NCBI GenBank assembly: GCA_963725865.1
Contig: CAVSAC010000012.1
Location: forward strand, 320,001 to 384,000
Reading direction: 5' to 3'
Length of the DNA: 64,000 nucleotides
DNA from: Candidatus Eiseniibacteriota bacterium
Lineage (GTDB): Bacteria > Eisenbacteria > RBG-16-71-46
The notes below the pieces were generated by a model, which was not told the DNA's origin, did not search any database, and saw nothing but the letters and a program-made list of their open reading frames with translations. Position numbers and translations under genes: made by a program. Below, one piece after another: positions 10,832-20,900 of the stretch. Within the stretch, counting starts at the first letter, position 1. Each line of letters starts with the position of its first letter.

Positions 10832-11914
10832 ATGCACCCGCTGCTCGCGAGCCGCGCCCGCCTGCTGCTCTACCTGACCGCCTGGCTGCCGGTGATGGCG
10901 CTGCTCGCGGCACTCGACCGCCTGCTCGAGCCGCGCGACTGGCAGACGACGCTCGCGCTGGTGGTGCCGCTCGCGGTGGTCCACGCGTTCGTCTGCCTGT
11001 CGGCGTGGTGGGTGTGCCGCGCCGCGCCGCTCGGACGGAGCACGGCCTCGGCGGTGCTGAGCACGGTGGGCGTCGCGGCGCTGCTCGCCGGCGGCGCGTG
11101 GATGGGACTCGCGGCGCTCTGGCGGCACCTGCTGGAGCCGGCGCGCGGCGCGGTGCCGCTCCTCGAGCAGCGCGAGCTCGCGCTCGTGGGGGCCGCGGGC
11201 GTGCTGCTGTACCTGTTCTCCGCCGTGGTCCACTACCTGATCCTGGCGTTCGAGGACTCGCGCGCGGCCGAGCGCCGGACGCTCGAGCTCCAGGTGCAGG
11301 CGCGCGAGGCGGAGCTGCGCGCGCTGCGTGCCCAGGTCGATCCGCACTTCCTGTTCAACAGCCTCAACTCGATCAGCGCGCTGGTCGTGGGCTCGCCCGA
11401 GGGCGCGCGGCAGATGTGCCAGCGCCTCGGTGAGTTCCTGCGCAGCAGCCAGCGGCTGGGCTCGCAGGAGTGGGTGTCGCTGGCGGAGGAGCTGGCGCTG
11501 GCCGAGCGCTACCTCGCGATCGAGCACGCGCGGTTCGGCGCGCGCCTGGAGTTCGAGCAAGAGGTCGCGCCCGAGGCGGAGGTCTGTCTGCTGCCGCCGC
11601 TGCTGCTCCAGCCGCTGGTCGAGAACGCGGTGCGCCACGGCGTGGCGCCCAGTGTCGAGGGCGGCGTGATCCGTATCGAGGCGCGCCGCGACGGCGACCG
11701 CCTGGAGATCGAGCTCGACAATCCGTTCGATCCGTCCGCCCCGCCGAGCCGCGGCTCGGGGCTGGGCCTGGCGAACGTGCGCGCGCGTCTCGACCTGCTC
11801 GATCCGCGCCGCACCCGGGTCGACGCCGGCCCGGCGGGCGACCGCTACCGCGTGCGGCTGGTGCTGCCGGCGCTCGAGCGCGGCGCGGCGCCGCGCCCCG
11901 AGGAGGCGTCGTGA
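10832..11914 (+). CDS. LytS/YehU-family sensor histidine kinase
   Basis: LRAQVDPHFLFNSLNSI H-box, LLQPLVENAVRHG N-box, GSGLGLANV G-box, N-terminal TMs. Confidence 0.93.
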   Translation: MHPLLASRARLLLYLTAWLPVMALLAALDRLLEPRDWQTTLALVVPLAVVHAFVCLSAWWVCRAAPLGRSTASAVLSTVGVAALLAGGAWMGLAALWRHLLEPARGAVPLLEQRELALVGAAGVLLYLFSAVVHYLILAFEDSRAAERRTLELQVQAREAELRALRAQVDPHFLFNSLNSISALVVGSPEGARQMCQRLGEFLRSSQRLGSQEWVSLAEELALAERYLAIEHARFGARLEFEQEVAPEAEVCLLPPLLLQPLVENAVRHGVAPSVEGGVIRIEARRDGDRLEIELDNPFDPSAPPSRGSGLGLANVRARLDLLDPRRTRVDAGPAGDRYRVRLVLPALERGAAPRPEEAS

Positions 11915-12663
11915 GCGCGCCTGCGACCCTGCGCGCGCTGATCGTGGACGACGAGGCGCCGGCGCGCGCGCTGCTGCGCGAATACCTCGCCGCGCACCCG
12001 GACGTCGAGGTGGTGGGCGAGTGCGCGAACGGCTTCGAGGCGGTGAAGGCGGCGGCCGAGCTGGCCCCCGACCTGCTGTTCCTCGACATCCAGATGCCGA
12101 AGCTGGATGGCTTCGACGTGCTCGAGCTCGTCGGCCCCGGCCCTCAGGTGATCTTCGTGACCGCGTTCGACCAGTACGCGCTGCGCGCGTTCGAGGTGCA
12201 CGCGATCGACTACCTGCTCAAGCCGTTCCCGCCCGAGCGGCTGGCCGAGGCGCTCGCCCACGCCCGCGCACGGCGGGCGCAGCAGATGCCCACGCCGGTG
12301 GCGGCACTGGTGGCCGACGCGCGTCCGCCCGGGCGCTTCCTCGAACGCGTGCTGGTCCGTGACGGCGCCAAGGTGCACGTGATCCCGGTCGAGCGCGTGG
12401 ACTACTTCGAGGCGCAGGACGACTACGTCGCGATCCACGCGGAGGGCAAGGTCACGCTCAAGCCGCAGACGCTCACCGAGCTCGAGCGCGGCCTCGACCC
12501 CGCGCGCTTCGTGCGCATCCACCGCTCGTACGTGCTCAACCTCGAGCGCCTCGCCCGCATCGAGCTGTTCGCCAAGGACCGGCGCGTCGTGGTGCTGAAG
12601 GACAGCGGCGAGCTGCCGGTGAGCCGCGCCGGCTACGCGCGGCTGAAGGCGCTGCTGGGTTGA
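11911..12663 (+). CDS. LytTR-family response regulator
   Basis: IVDDE, LFLDIQMP, VTAFD, DYLLKP receiver; FVRIHRSY and LPVSR LytTR domain. Confidence 0.95.
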   Translation: MSAPATLRALIVDDEAPARALLREYLAAHPDVEVVGECANGFEAVKAAAELAPDLLFLDIQMPKLDGFDVLELVGPGPQVIFVTAFDQYALRAFEVHAIDYLLKPFPPERLAEALAHARARRAQQMPTPVAALVADARPPGRFLERVLVRDGAKVHVIPVERVDYFEAQDDYVAIHAEGKVTLKPQTLTELERGLDPARFVRIHRSYVLNLERLARIELFAKDRRVVVLKDSGELPVSRAGYARLKALLG

Positions 12664-12670
12664 GGCCGGA

Positions 12671-13285
12671 CTAGCGGGCGTCGAGCTGGCGGTGCGCCGT
12701 CTCGAAGTGGGCGAGCGCCTCGTCGAGGTTGGTCGCGACCGCGGCGGCCGGAAAGCGCTCGAGCAGCGCGGCCACCGGCCGGAACAGCACCGGGAAATCG
12801 CAGGCCTCGAGGATGGTCAGGTCGTTGAGGCTGTCGCCCATCGCGGCCACCTTGTAGCCCGCGCTGCGGATGCCCGAGACGATGCGGTCCTTCTGGCCGC
12901 GGATGCGCAGCCGGAACCCGCTCAGGAGCCCGTCGGGGCCCACCTCGAAGCGATTCGCGAACAGGCTGTGCCCGCCGAGCTTCTGCGCCAGCGGCTCGGC
13001 CAGCTCGTGGAAGGTGTCCGAGATCAGGATCACCTGGCCCAGCCCCCGCACGCGCGAGAGGAACTCGCGCGCCCCCAGGTAGGGCTCGATCGCGTGGGCG
13101 GTCGCCTGCAGTTGCGCCAGCGTGAGGCCATGGCGGCGGGTGGCCTCGATGCGGGTGGTCATGAGCGCGTCGAAGTTCGCGCTCTCGCGGGTGGTGAGGG
13201 AGAGTTCGGGAACGCCGAACCGGGCCCCCAGCAAGGGCCAGATCTCGGGCGCCAGCACGCCCTCGAGGTCGATCGCGTAGACCAT
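12671..13285 (-). CDS. thrH: Phosphoserine phosphatase/homoserine phosphotransferase
   Basis: IDLEGVLAPEIW, LTTR, ILISDTF, MGDSLND match ThrH motifs. Start could alternatively be 13300. Confidence 0.88.
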   Translation of the reverse strand: MVYAIDLEGVLAPEIWPLLGARFGVPELSLTTRESANFDALMTTRIEATRRHGLTLAQLQATAHAIEPYLGAREFLSRVRGLGQVILISDTFHELAEPLAQKLGGHSLFANRFEVGPDGLLSGFRLRIRGQKDRIVSGIRSAGYKVAAMGDSLNDLTILEACDFPVLFRPVAALLERFPAAAVATNLDEALAHFETAHRQLDAR

Positions 13286-13335
13286 GGCGGGCGGCACCAT
13301 AACATAGAGGAGTGGGACACCCCGGAACGGCACGG

Positions 13336-13353
13336 TTCCGAATGGATTCGGAA
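13336..13353. promoter_or_regulatory. Palindromic operator-like site TTCCGAAT-GG-ATTCGGAA
   Basis: Perfect 8-bp inverted repeat in the divergent thrH/lrp intergenic region; its first 13 nt recur at 13529-13541. Confidence 0.5.
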
Positions 13354-13401
13354 GTGTGGCGTTGACGCATTTCACAGAATCCGTTGCGGCACATGGCCTT
13401 G

Positions 13402-13545
13402 TCACTTCTTCACCCGCCTTTTGCTGGCCTTCTTGGCCTTCTTCTTCGCGGCCCGCTTCGGCTTCTCGGGCCATCCCTCGGCGGGGCGTGGCTTGGCGAG
13501 GGCCCGGCCGATGGCCGATTCCCAATGCTTCCGAATGGATTTCAG
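13402..13545 (-). CDS. Putative small Lys/Arg-rich peptide (non-canonical start)
   Basis: Frame absent from the ORF track reads LKSIRKHWESAIGRALAKPRPAEGWPEKPKRAAKKKAKKASKRRVKK* with AAG-rich codon usage; no ATG/GTG start. Confidence 0.4.
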   Translation of the reverse strand: MKSIRKHWESAIGRALAKPRPAEGWPEKPKRAAKKKAKKASKRRVKK

Positions 13546-13580
13546 TTGTGCCGACCGATGGCCGAATCTATTATCGTCCC

Positions 13581-14079
13581 ATGACTATCCGAGTGAATCC
13601 AGCCCAGGTCCTCGACTCCAAGGACCGACTCATCCTCGAATGGGTCCAGCGCGACGCCAAGACCTGGCGCAGGCCGAGATCGCCCGCCGGTCGGACTGTC
13701 GACGGCGGCGGTCAACGAGCGGCTGCGCAAGCTCGAGACGGCCGGCTTCATCCGGCGGTGGACGGTGGTGGTCGATCCGCGCGCGGTCGGCTCGACGGTG
13801 GCGGCGTTCGTCGAGGTGTTCATCGAGCATCCGAGCCACGAGGCGGCGTTCCTCGAGAAGATGCTCGCGCTCGACGAGGTCCAGGAGTGCCACTACATCA
13901 CCGGGGAGTTCTCGCTGCTGCTCAAAGTCCGCGTGCGCGACATGGACGCGCTGCGCGATCTGCTGCTGCACCAACTGAACGGCATGGACGGCGTGCGCCA
14001 GACGCGCACGATCATGGTGCTCTCGACCGTGAAGGAGGAGGGCTTCGTGCCGACCGCAGTGAAAGGAGAAGCGCCATGA
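13581..14079 (+). CDS. Lrp/AsnC family transcriptional regulator (frameshifted around 13660-13690)
   Basis: LDSKDRLILEWVQRDA, then AQAEIA, then GLSTAAVNERLRKLETAGFI, then VQECHYITGEFSLLLKVRVRD..GVRQTRTIMVL, spread over different frames. Confidence 0.85.
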
Positions 14080-15431
14080 ACCCGACCACGCGCGCGCCGC
14101 GGCTGGCGCCCGGCGAGGTGCATGCCACGCTCGGCCGCCACATGCTCGTCGACGGCTACGACATCGTGCTCGACCTCGACAGGAGCCACGGCCGCCGGCT
14201 GTGGGATTCCCGCAACCAGCGCTGGCTGCTCGACACGTTCTCGTTCTTCGCGACGCTGCCGCTCGGCGTCAACCACCCGAAGATGAAGGATCCCGACTTC
14301 CTCGCGGCGCTGCAGCGCGCGGCGCTCGTGAACCCGTCGAACTCGGACATCTACACGGTCGAGATGGGCGAGTTCGTCGAGGTGTTCGGGCGGGTCGGGA
14401 TCCCCGACTACCTGCCGCACCTGTTCCTGATCTCGGGCGGCACGCTGGGCGTCGAGAACGCGCTCAAGGCGGCGTTCGACTGGAAGGTCCGCCAGAACTT
14501 CCGCGCCGGCAGCACGACGGAGAAGGGGCACCAGGTGCTCCATTTCCGCGAGGCCTTCCACGGGCGCTCCGGATACACGCTCTCGCTGACGAACACCGCG
14601 GACCCGAGGAAGTACCAGTACTTCCCCAAGTTCGACTGGCCGCGCGTCGACACCCCGAAGCTGCGATTCCCGGTCGACGACGCCGAGCGCGCGCGCGTGC
14701 AGCAGGCCGAGTCGGCGACGCTGGCCCAGGCGAAGCAGGCGTTCTCCGAGCGCCGCGACGAGATCGCCTGCGTGCTGATCGAGCCGATCCAGGCCGAGGG
14801 CGGCGACAACCACTTCCGCCCCGAGTTCCTGCGGGCGCTGCGCGACCTGGCGCACGAGAACCGGGCGCTGCTGGCGTTCGACGAGGTGCAGACCGGAGTC
14901 GCGCTGACCGGGCGCTTCTGGGCGCACCAGCACTTCGACGTCCGGCCGGACCTGATGGCGTTCGGCAAGAAGATGCAGGTCTGCGGCTTCCTCGGCGGGC
15001 CGATGCTCGACGAGGAGCCGGACAACGTGTTCAAGGTCTCGAGCCGCCTCAACTCCACCTGGGGCGGCAGCCTGGTCGACATGGTGCGCAGCCGCCGCTA
15101 CCTCGAGATCATCGAGGAGGAGCGGTTGACCGAGAACGCGGCGACGGTGGGCGCCCACCTGCTGCGCGGCCTCGGCGCGCTGCAGCAGGCGAAGCCCGAC
15201 GTGCTCTCGAACGCGCGCGGGCGCGGCCTGATGTGCGCGATCGACCTGCCCGACGGCGCCACCCGCGACCGCGTGACCGATGCGGTGTACGATCTCGGCA
15301 TGATGCTGCTCGCCTGTGGCACGCGCAGCGTGCGCTTCCGCCCGCCGCTCGACATCATCACGCCCGAGATCGACGAGGCCCTCGACCTGTTCCGTCGCGG
15401 CGTGGAGCAGGTGCTGGCGAAGCCGGCCTGA
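14076..15431 (+). CDS. lat: L-lysine 6-aminotransferase
   Basis: Class III PLP aminotransferase: HMLVDG, NPSNSDIYT, ENALKAAFDWK, AFHGRSGYTLSLTNT, DEVQTG, FGKK, NSTWGG. Confidence 0.92.
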   Translation: MNPTTRAPRLAPGEVHATLGRHMLVDGYDIVLDLDRSHGRRLWDSRNQRWLLDTFSFFATLPLGVNHPKMKDPDFLAALQRAALVNPSNSDIYTVEMGEFVEVFGRVGIPDYLPHLFLISGGTLGVENALKAAFDWKVRQNFRAGSTTEKGHQVLHFREAFHGRSGYTLSLTNTADPRKYQYFPKFDWPRVDTPKLRFPVDDAERARVQQAESATLAQAKQAFSERRDEIACVLIEPIQAEGGDNHFRPEFLRALRDLAHENRALLAFDEVQTGVALTGRFWAHQHFDVRPDLMAFGKKMQVCGFLGGPMLDEEPDNVFKVSSRLNSTWGGSLVDMVRSRRYLEIIEEERLTENAATVGAHLLRGLGALQQAKPDVLSNARGRGLMCAIDLPDGATRDRVTDAVYDLGMMLLACGTRSVRFRPPLDIITPEIDEALDLFRRGVEQVLAKPA

Positions 15432-15442
15432 GCGCGGCGCGC

Positions 15443-16945
15443 GTGCCGGACGCCGTCGCACCGAAGCCGCGGTTCCGCGAGGCCGCCACGGTGGTCCTGG
15501 TCCGGGGCCACGGCGAGGCGCTCGAGGTGTACTGGGTGCTGCGCAGCGACGCGGTCGCGGTCATGCCCGGCTTCCACGCATTCCCCGGCGGCAAGGCCGA
15601 CGCCGAGGACGCCGCGCTCGAGATCGACGGGGCCCTCGAGGGCGAGGAGCGGGTGCTGCGCGCCTGCGCGATCCGCGAGGCGTTCGAGGAGCTCGGAGTG
15701 CTGGTGGGGCTCGAGGGCACCGCGCCGGAGCCCGCGGCGCTGGCGTCCGATCGCGACCGCGTACTGGCGGGCGCGGCGCGCTTCGGCGATCTGGCGCGCG
15801 AGCGCGGCTGGCGCTTCCGCGCCGACCGGCTCACGTTCGCCGGGCGCTGGCAGACCCCGCCGTTCGCGGCCGTGCGCTTCGACGCGGTGTTCTGGCTCGC
15901 GCGCCTCGACCCGGAGCAGACCCCGAGCGTGCGTCCCGGCGAGCTGGCGTCCGGCGAGTGGGTGCGCCCGCTCGAGGCGCTGCAGCGCTGGATCGACGGC
16001 GGCTGCGCGTTCGCGGCGCCGATGCTCTACACGCTGATCGCGCTCGCCGAGGGCGAGGCGCTGCTGCCGGAGCGGCTCGCCAACGCCCCGCTGCGCTCGC
16101 GCACCCCGGTGCGGCGCATCGAGCTGCTGTGGGGCGTCGTGCTCCAGCCGATGAAGACGCGCCCGCTGCCGCCCGCCACGCACACCAACACCTACCTGGT
16201 GGGCGAGCGCGACCTGGCGATCGTGGATCCCGGCAGCGACGATCCGGCGGAGCTGGAGGCGTTGTTCGCGCTCGTCGATCACCTGGTCACCGACGGCCGC
16301 AAGCCCGAGCTCGTCCTGCTCACGCACCACCATCCCGATCACGTCGCCGGGGTCGAGGCGGTCAAGGCGCGCTACGGGATCCCGGTGGCGGCGCACGCCG
16401 AGACCGCGCGGCACCTGCGCGTCGACGTCATGCTCGCGCACGGGGATCGCGTGCCGCTCGCCGCCGGCCGCGGCGGCGACTGGACGCTGCGCGCGGTGCA
16501 CACGCCGGGGCACGCGCCGGGGCACCTCTGCTTCCTGCACGAGCGGACCCGCGCGCTGCTGTGCGGCGACCACATCCCGGGCGGCTCCGGCACCGTCATC
16601 ATCGATCCGCCCGACGGGGACATGGGCGAGTACGTGGCCTCGCTCGAGCGGCTCGCGCGGCTGGACCTCGCGTACCTGTTCCCGGGGCACGGCTCGCCGC
16701 AGGGGGCACCCTACCGGCGCATCGCGGCACTGCTCGAGCACCGCCGCGCCCGCGAGGCGAAGGTGCTCGCGGCGCTCGACGATCAGCCGCGCTCGCTCGG
16801 CGAGCTGGTCGAGCGAGCGTACGCCGACACGCCGCGCGAGCTGTGGGTCCATGCCGAGCGCTCGCTGCTGGCGCACCTGATCGCGCTCGAGCGCGCGGGG
16901 CGGGCGGCACCGGTGGAGGAGCGCTGGCGGCGCGCGCTCCCGTAG
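15443..16945 (+). CDS. NUDIX domain fused to a metallo-beta-lactamase fold (LACTB2-like) hydrolase
   Basis: FPGGK..D..CAIREAFEELG NUDIX box; THHHPDH, HTPGHAPGH, GDH, PGHG MBL motifs; C-terminal winged helix. Confidence 0.88.
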   Translation: MPDAVAPKPRFREAATVVLVRGHGEALEVYWVLRSDAVAVMPGFHAFPGGKADAEDAALEIDGALEGEERVLRACAIREAFEELGVLVGLEGTAPEPAALASDRDRVLAGAARFGDLARERGWRFRADRLTFAGRWQTPPFAAVRFDAVFWLARLDPEQTPSVRPGELASGEWVRPLEALQRWIDGGCAFAAPMLYTLIALAEGEALLPERLANAPLRSRTPVRRIELLWGVVLQPMKTRPLPPATHTNTYLVGERDLAIVDPGSDDPAELEALFALVDHLVTDGRKPELVLLTHHHPDHVAGVEAVKARYGIPVAAHAETARHLRVDVMLAHGDRVPLAAGRGGDWTLRAVHTPGHAPGHLCFLHERTRALLCGDHIPGGSGTVIIDPPDGDMGEYVASLERLARLDLAYLFPGHGSPQGAPYRRIAALLEHRRAREAKVLAALDDQPRSLGELVERAYADTPRELWVHAERSLLAHLIALERAGRAAPVEERWRRALP

Positions 16946-17013
16946 ACGCTCGCCGGGCCCGGCCCGCCGCGACCGACTGGCTTCCGCGGGCCCCGCTCCA
17001 CTAGCCTGCCTCG

Positions 17014-17862
17014 ATGGCCCTCGAACTGTTGCTGGGAGCGCTCGCTTCGCTGTGCTACGGCAGCGGCGATTTCGCCGGCGGGGTGGCGGCGCGGCGTGCG
17101 CCGGCGATCGTGGTCACCTGCTTCTCCGGGCTCGGGGCACTCGCGGTGCTGCTGCTCGGGCTCGTCCTCACGCACGGCAGTCCGACGACTGCCGACTTCG
17201 CGTGGGCCGCGGCCGCGGGCGTGTGCGGCGCGGCAGGCGCCACGCTCATCTATCACGCGCTGGCGCTCGGGCCGGTGAGCCTCGCGTCGCCGCTGCTGTG
17301 CATCATCGCGCTGGTGCTGCCGGCGCTGGTCGGGGTGGCGCTCGGCGAGCGTCCCTCGCCACGGGCGTGGACCGGCGTGGCGCTCGCCCTGCTCGCGATC
17401 CCGCTGCTGGCGCAGACCGGCAGCCACGCGTCGGCGCCGACCCGCGCGCACGTGCGGCGCACGATCCTGGTCGCGACCGTGGCCGGCATCGCCGCCGGCG
17501 CGTTCCTGGTCTGCGTCGCGCGCGTCGGCGCGCACGCCGGCATGGCGCCCCTGCTGCTCGCGCGCGGCGTCTCGGTCGCGATCCTCGCGGCGCTGGTGCT
17601 GGCGCAGCGGCGCTCGCTGCTGCCGGCCGCCGAGGCGCGCGGAGCGGCGCTCACGGCCGGGGTGCTCGACTCGACGGCGAACGTGCTCTTCTGGTTCGCC
17701 GTCCAGGGCGGGAACCTCGCGCTGGTGGCGGCGCTGGTCTCGCTCGCGCCCGCGACCACCGTGCTGCTCGCGCGCTTGTTCCAGGGCGAGCGCTGGACGG
17801 TGCCGCAGGCGTGGGGGCTGGGTGTGGCGCTCGCCGCCGGGGCGCTGATCTCGCTCGGGTGA
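17014..17862 (+). CDS. EamA/DMT family transporter
   Basis: About 10 hydrophobic helices; YGSGDFAGG, GERPS and GER two-repeat architecture. Confidence 0.85.
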   Translation: MALELLLGALASLCYGSGDFAGGVAARRAPAIVVTCFSGLGALAVLLLGLVLTHGSPTTADFAWAAAAGVCGAAGATLIYHALALGPVSLASPLLCIIALVLPALVGVALGERPSPRAWTGVALALLAIPLLAQTGSHASAPTRAHVRRTILVATVAGIAAGAFLVCVARVGAHAGMAPLLLARGVSVAILAALVLAQRRSLLPAAEARGAALTAGVLDSTANVLFWFAVQGGNLALVAALVSLAPATTVLLARLFQGERWTVPQAWGLGVALAAGALISLG

Positions 17863-17955
17863 GCCTCCCGCGACCGCCGCACGACGGCGGCGCCGTCCAG
17901 GCGCGGGCGCGGGCGCGGGCGCGCCGGCGTCGCGGCCGGCGTGCTTCCGCGCCTG

Positions 17956-20900
17956 CTACGGTACGCGGACGCGGAAGCTCACGCTGCCGCTGCCGCCGGG
18001 GGCGAGCGTGCCGGCGAGCGTCCACACCACGTCGCCGGTCGCGCCGGCGCCCGGCTGCTGCGTGAGCGCACAGCCGGTCAGGCCGGCCCCGAGCGCGGCG
18101 CAGGCCGCCGAGTCGAACACCGTCCACGGCGGGGTGGCGTCGCGGATCACGATCCCCGAGATCGACTGCCCGCCCGGGTTGGTGTACGTGATGGTGTAGG
18201 TCAGCGTGCCGCCGGGTGCCACGTTCGCCACGTCCACGCGCTTCGCCAGCAGGAGCCCGTTGCCGGGCGCGATCGTGGTCACGTCGGACAGCGCATTGCT
18301 CGCGGCCAGCGGCGGCGTGGCGTTCACGTACGCGTAGCTCGCAGTGAGCGTGGCGGTCTCGGCGGCGCCCGCCGCCGCGCCCGCCGGCGTCGCGTGGCGC
18401 GCGATCACGCACAGCGACTGTCCCGCCGAGAGCGCGACAACCGCGGGCAGCGGCGGCTCGCCGGCGTCGAGCACGCCGTTGCAGTCGAGGTCGCGGTAGA
18501 GCGTCACGCTCCAGCCCGGCTGCGCGGGCACCGGCGCCTCGGCGATTCCGATGCTCACGGCGCCCGCGCTGCCGGCGGTGAACCGGTGCGGATACACGGC
18601 CACGCCGCCGGCGGCGATGGTGCGCGCGAGCGGCGGGATCCAGGTGTTCAGCGGCACGTCGCCGAACGCCACGCCGGTGTACGTCACGCCGGCGGCCGCG
18701 GCGAACGTGACGTCGTCGCTGGAGCGCGCGTAGGCGCCCGCGGTGGTGCCGCTCTGCCCGCCGGTCGAGAGCCAGCCGCTCGGATCCACCTCGGCCACGC
18801 GGGCGCTCGCGCCGGTGGCCGCGAATGGCAGCCAGAGCCGGAACGCGCCGGTCGCGTCGGTGGTGACGCTGTCGCACAGCCCGCCCGCGCACGCCGCGGC
18901 CAGCAGCCGCACGCGCGCCGCGCCCACGCCCGCCTCGGCGCCCTGCCGCGCGCCGTCGTTCGCGGTCGCGGCGCCGGCGCCGTCGTCGCGGAACACCACG
19001 CCGTCCACGCGGCTGCCGTGCCACAGCCCGAAGTCGAGTCCGTTCTGATCGGTCGCCGCCACCACCACGCCGGGGATCACGCCGCTCGCGGCCTCGGTGC
19101 CGATCCAGCCCGCCGGCCGTCCCGCCACGATGTCGTCGGGATCCGCGCTGTCGTCGAGCACCACGTCGTAGGTGGCGGTGTTGACGAACGTGAACGCGTA
19201 GGCGCCCGTCGCGAGGTCGACGCCCGCGACCTGCTGGGCGCCGGTGAAGCCGCTCGGCACCAGCTTGGCCCACAGCGCGGCACCGGTGCCGTTCTCGCCG
19301 GCGTCGCGCTGGTCGTTGTGATCGCGATCGTCGTACGCGGTGCCGCGCACCGTCACGCCGGTGCTCACCACCACGCGCCCGGAGAACTCCGAGGTGCCGC
19401 TGGCGGCGATCGTGGCGGTCGCGGTCAGCGTGGTGCCGGCGGCCACCCCCGGCGGCGCCGCCCCGGTGAAGCGGAAGCGAGCGGTGTTGTCGCTGCCCTG
19501 GCCGAGTCCGTTCACGAGGCCGGAGTAGCTGCTGCTCCCGGCGTCGAGGTCGGAGCCCGAGCCCTCGACGAACGTCGCCACGTAGGTGCGGCCCTCGCCG
19601 AAGCCGCTCGCGTCGAGCGCCGCGACGAACAGCTCGATCGTCGAGCCCGGGCGCGCCCAGCCCTGGAGCGTGAACTGCCCGTTCGAGAGCACCGCGCTCT
19701 GGAGCACCGGGAAGTTCAGCAGCGCGTCGCCGCCGGCGTCGCCGTCGCCCGCGTCGTTGAGCGTGGTGTAGGGCGCGGTTCCGCGCGCGGCGTCGTCGCC
19801 GGCGGCGAGCAGGTCGATGCCGATCTGGTTGGTGATGCCGCTGCCGCCCGCGATCGTGCCGTTGCCCGAGATGCGGTTGCGCGTGATCACGTTGGCTCCC
19901 GCGGCCGCGGTCACCATCACGCCGGCGCCCACGTTGTCCTCGAGCGCGCAGAGCGCCACGCGGCTGCCGGCGCCGCCCAGGCGGATGCCCGCGTTCGGCA
20001 CGCCCGCCACCGAGGCGAGCCCGCTGCGCCGCACCGTCAGCGAGTCGAACAGCCCGCTGCCGGAGCCGGTGGCGGCGTCGATGCCGGCACCGGGGTGCTC
20101 GATCACCAGCGATTGCGCCAGCCGCAGCCCGGCGCTCGATTCCACGCTGACCCCCGCGCGGGCGCTGGCGAGCAGCGCGTTCGAGCGGAACTCGGTGCGC
20201 GTCACGTTCCAGCCGTTCGAGCCCGCCGTCAGGGCGAGGCCGTTGCCGGCGGCGAAGCCGATCAGGCACGAGTCGATCACGCCGCCGTCGCCGCCCAGCG
20301 CGCGCACGTGGTCGCCACCGGAGCGCAGGCCGCCCGGATCGGCGAACGCGGCCGCGGTGGTGCCGATCGTGCAGCGCTCGAGCCGCGCGCCGTTGGCGGT
20401 GGCGCCGACGCGCACGTCGGCGTGGGCGTCGTTTCCGACCACGTTGCCGAAGCCGGTGATCGCGAGTGATCGCAGCGTGAGGTTGGCGCCGGCGAGATCG
20501 AAGCCGATCGCCAGGCTCGCGCCGTCGCGCACCTCCACCTCGGGCGCGGCGAGCGTCGGCAGCGGCAGGTCCTGCGCGCCGACCACGCCGCCGGTGCCGA
20601 GCTGGCCCGCGTCGGTGTCGCCCACGTCGCGGGTCTGCGTGCCGCCGTCCACGCGCGTGGCGGCGTCGCCGAGCGCGGGCAGCGCGCTGGCGAGCGTGAC
20701 GCGCACGACGCCCGCCGTGAGCAGGTTCGCGAGCCCGGCGCGCAGGCCCGGGTGGGCGAGGCCGTCGCTGACCATGAACACGCTGGTCTCGAAGCCGGCG
20801 GGCAGCCCGGCCTGGGCGAGCCCGGCGTTGCCGAGCGCGTTGGCGTTGATCACGAACTGCCGCAGCGAGCCCGGCCCGGCGTCGTTGGCGTTCACGACCA

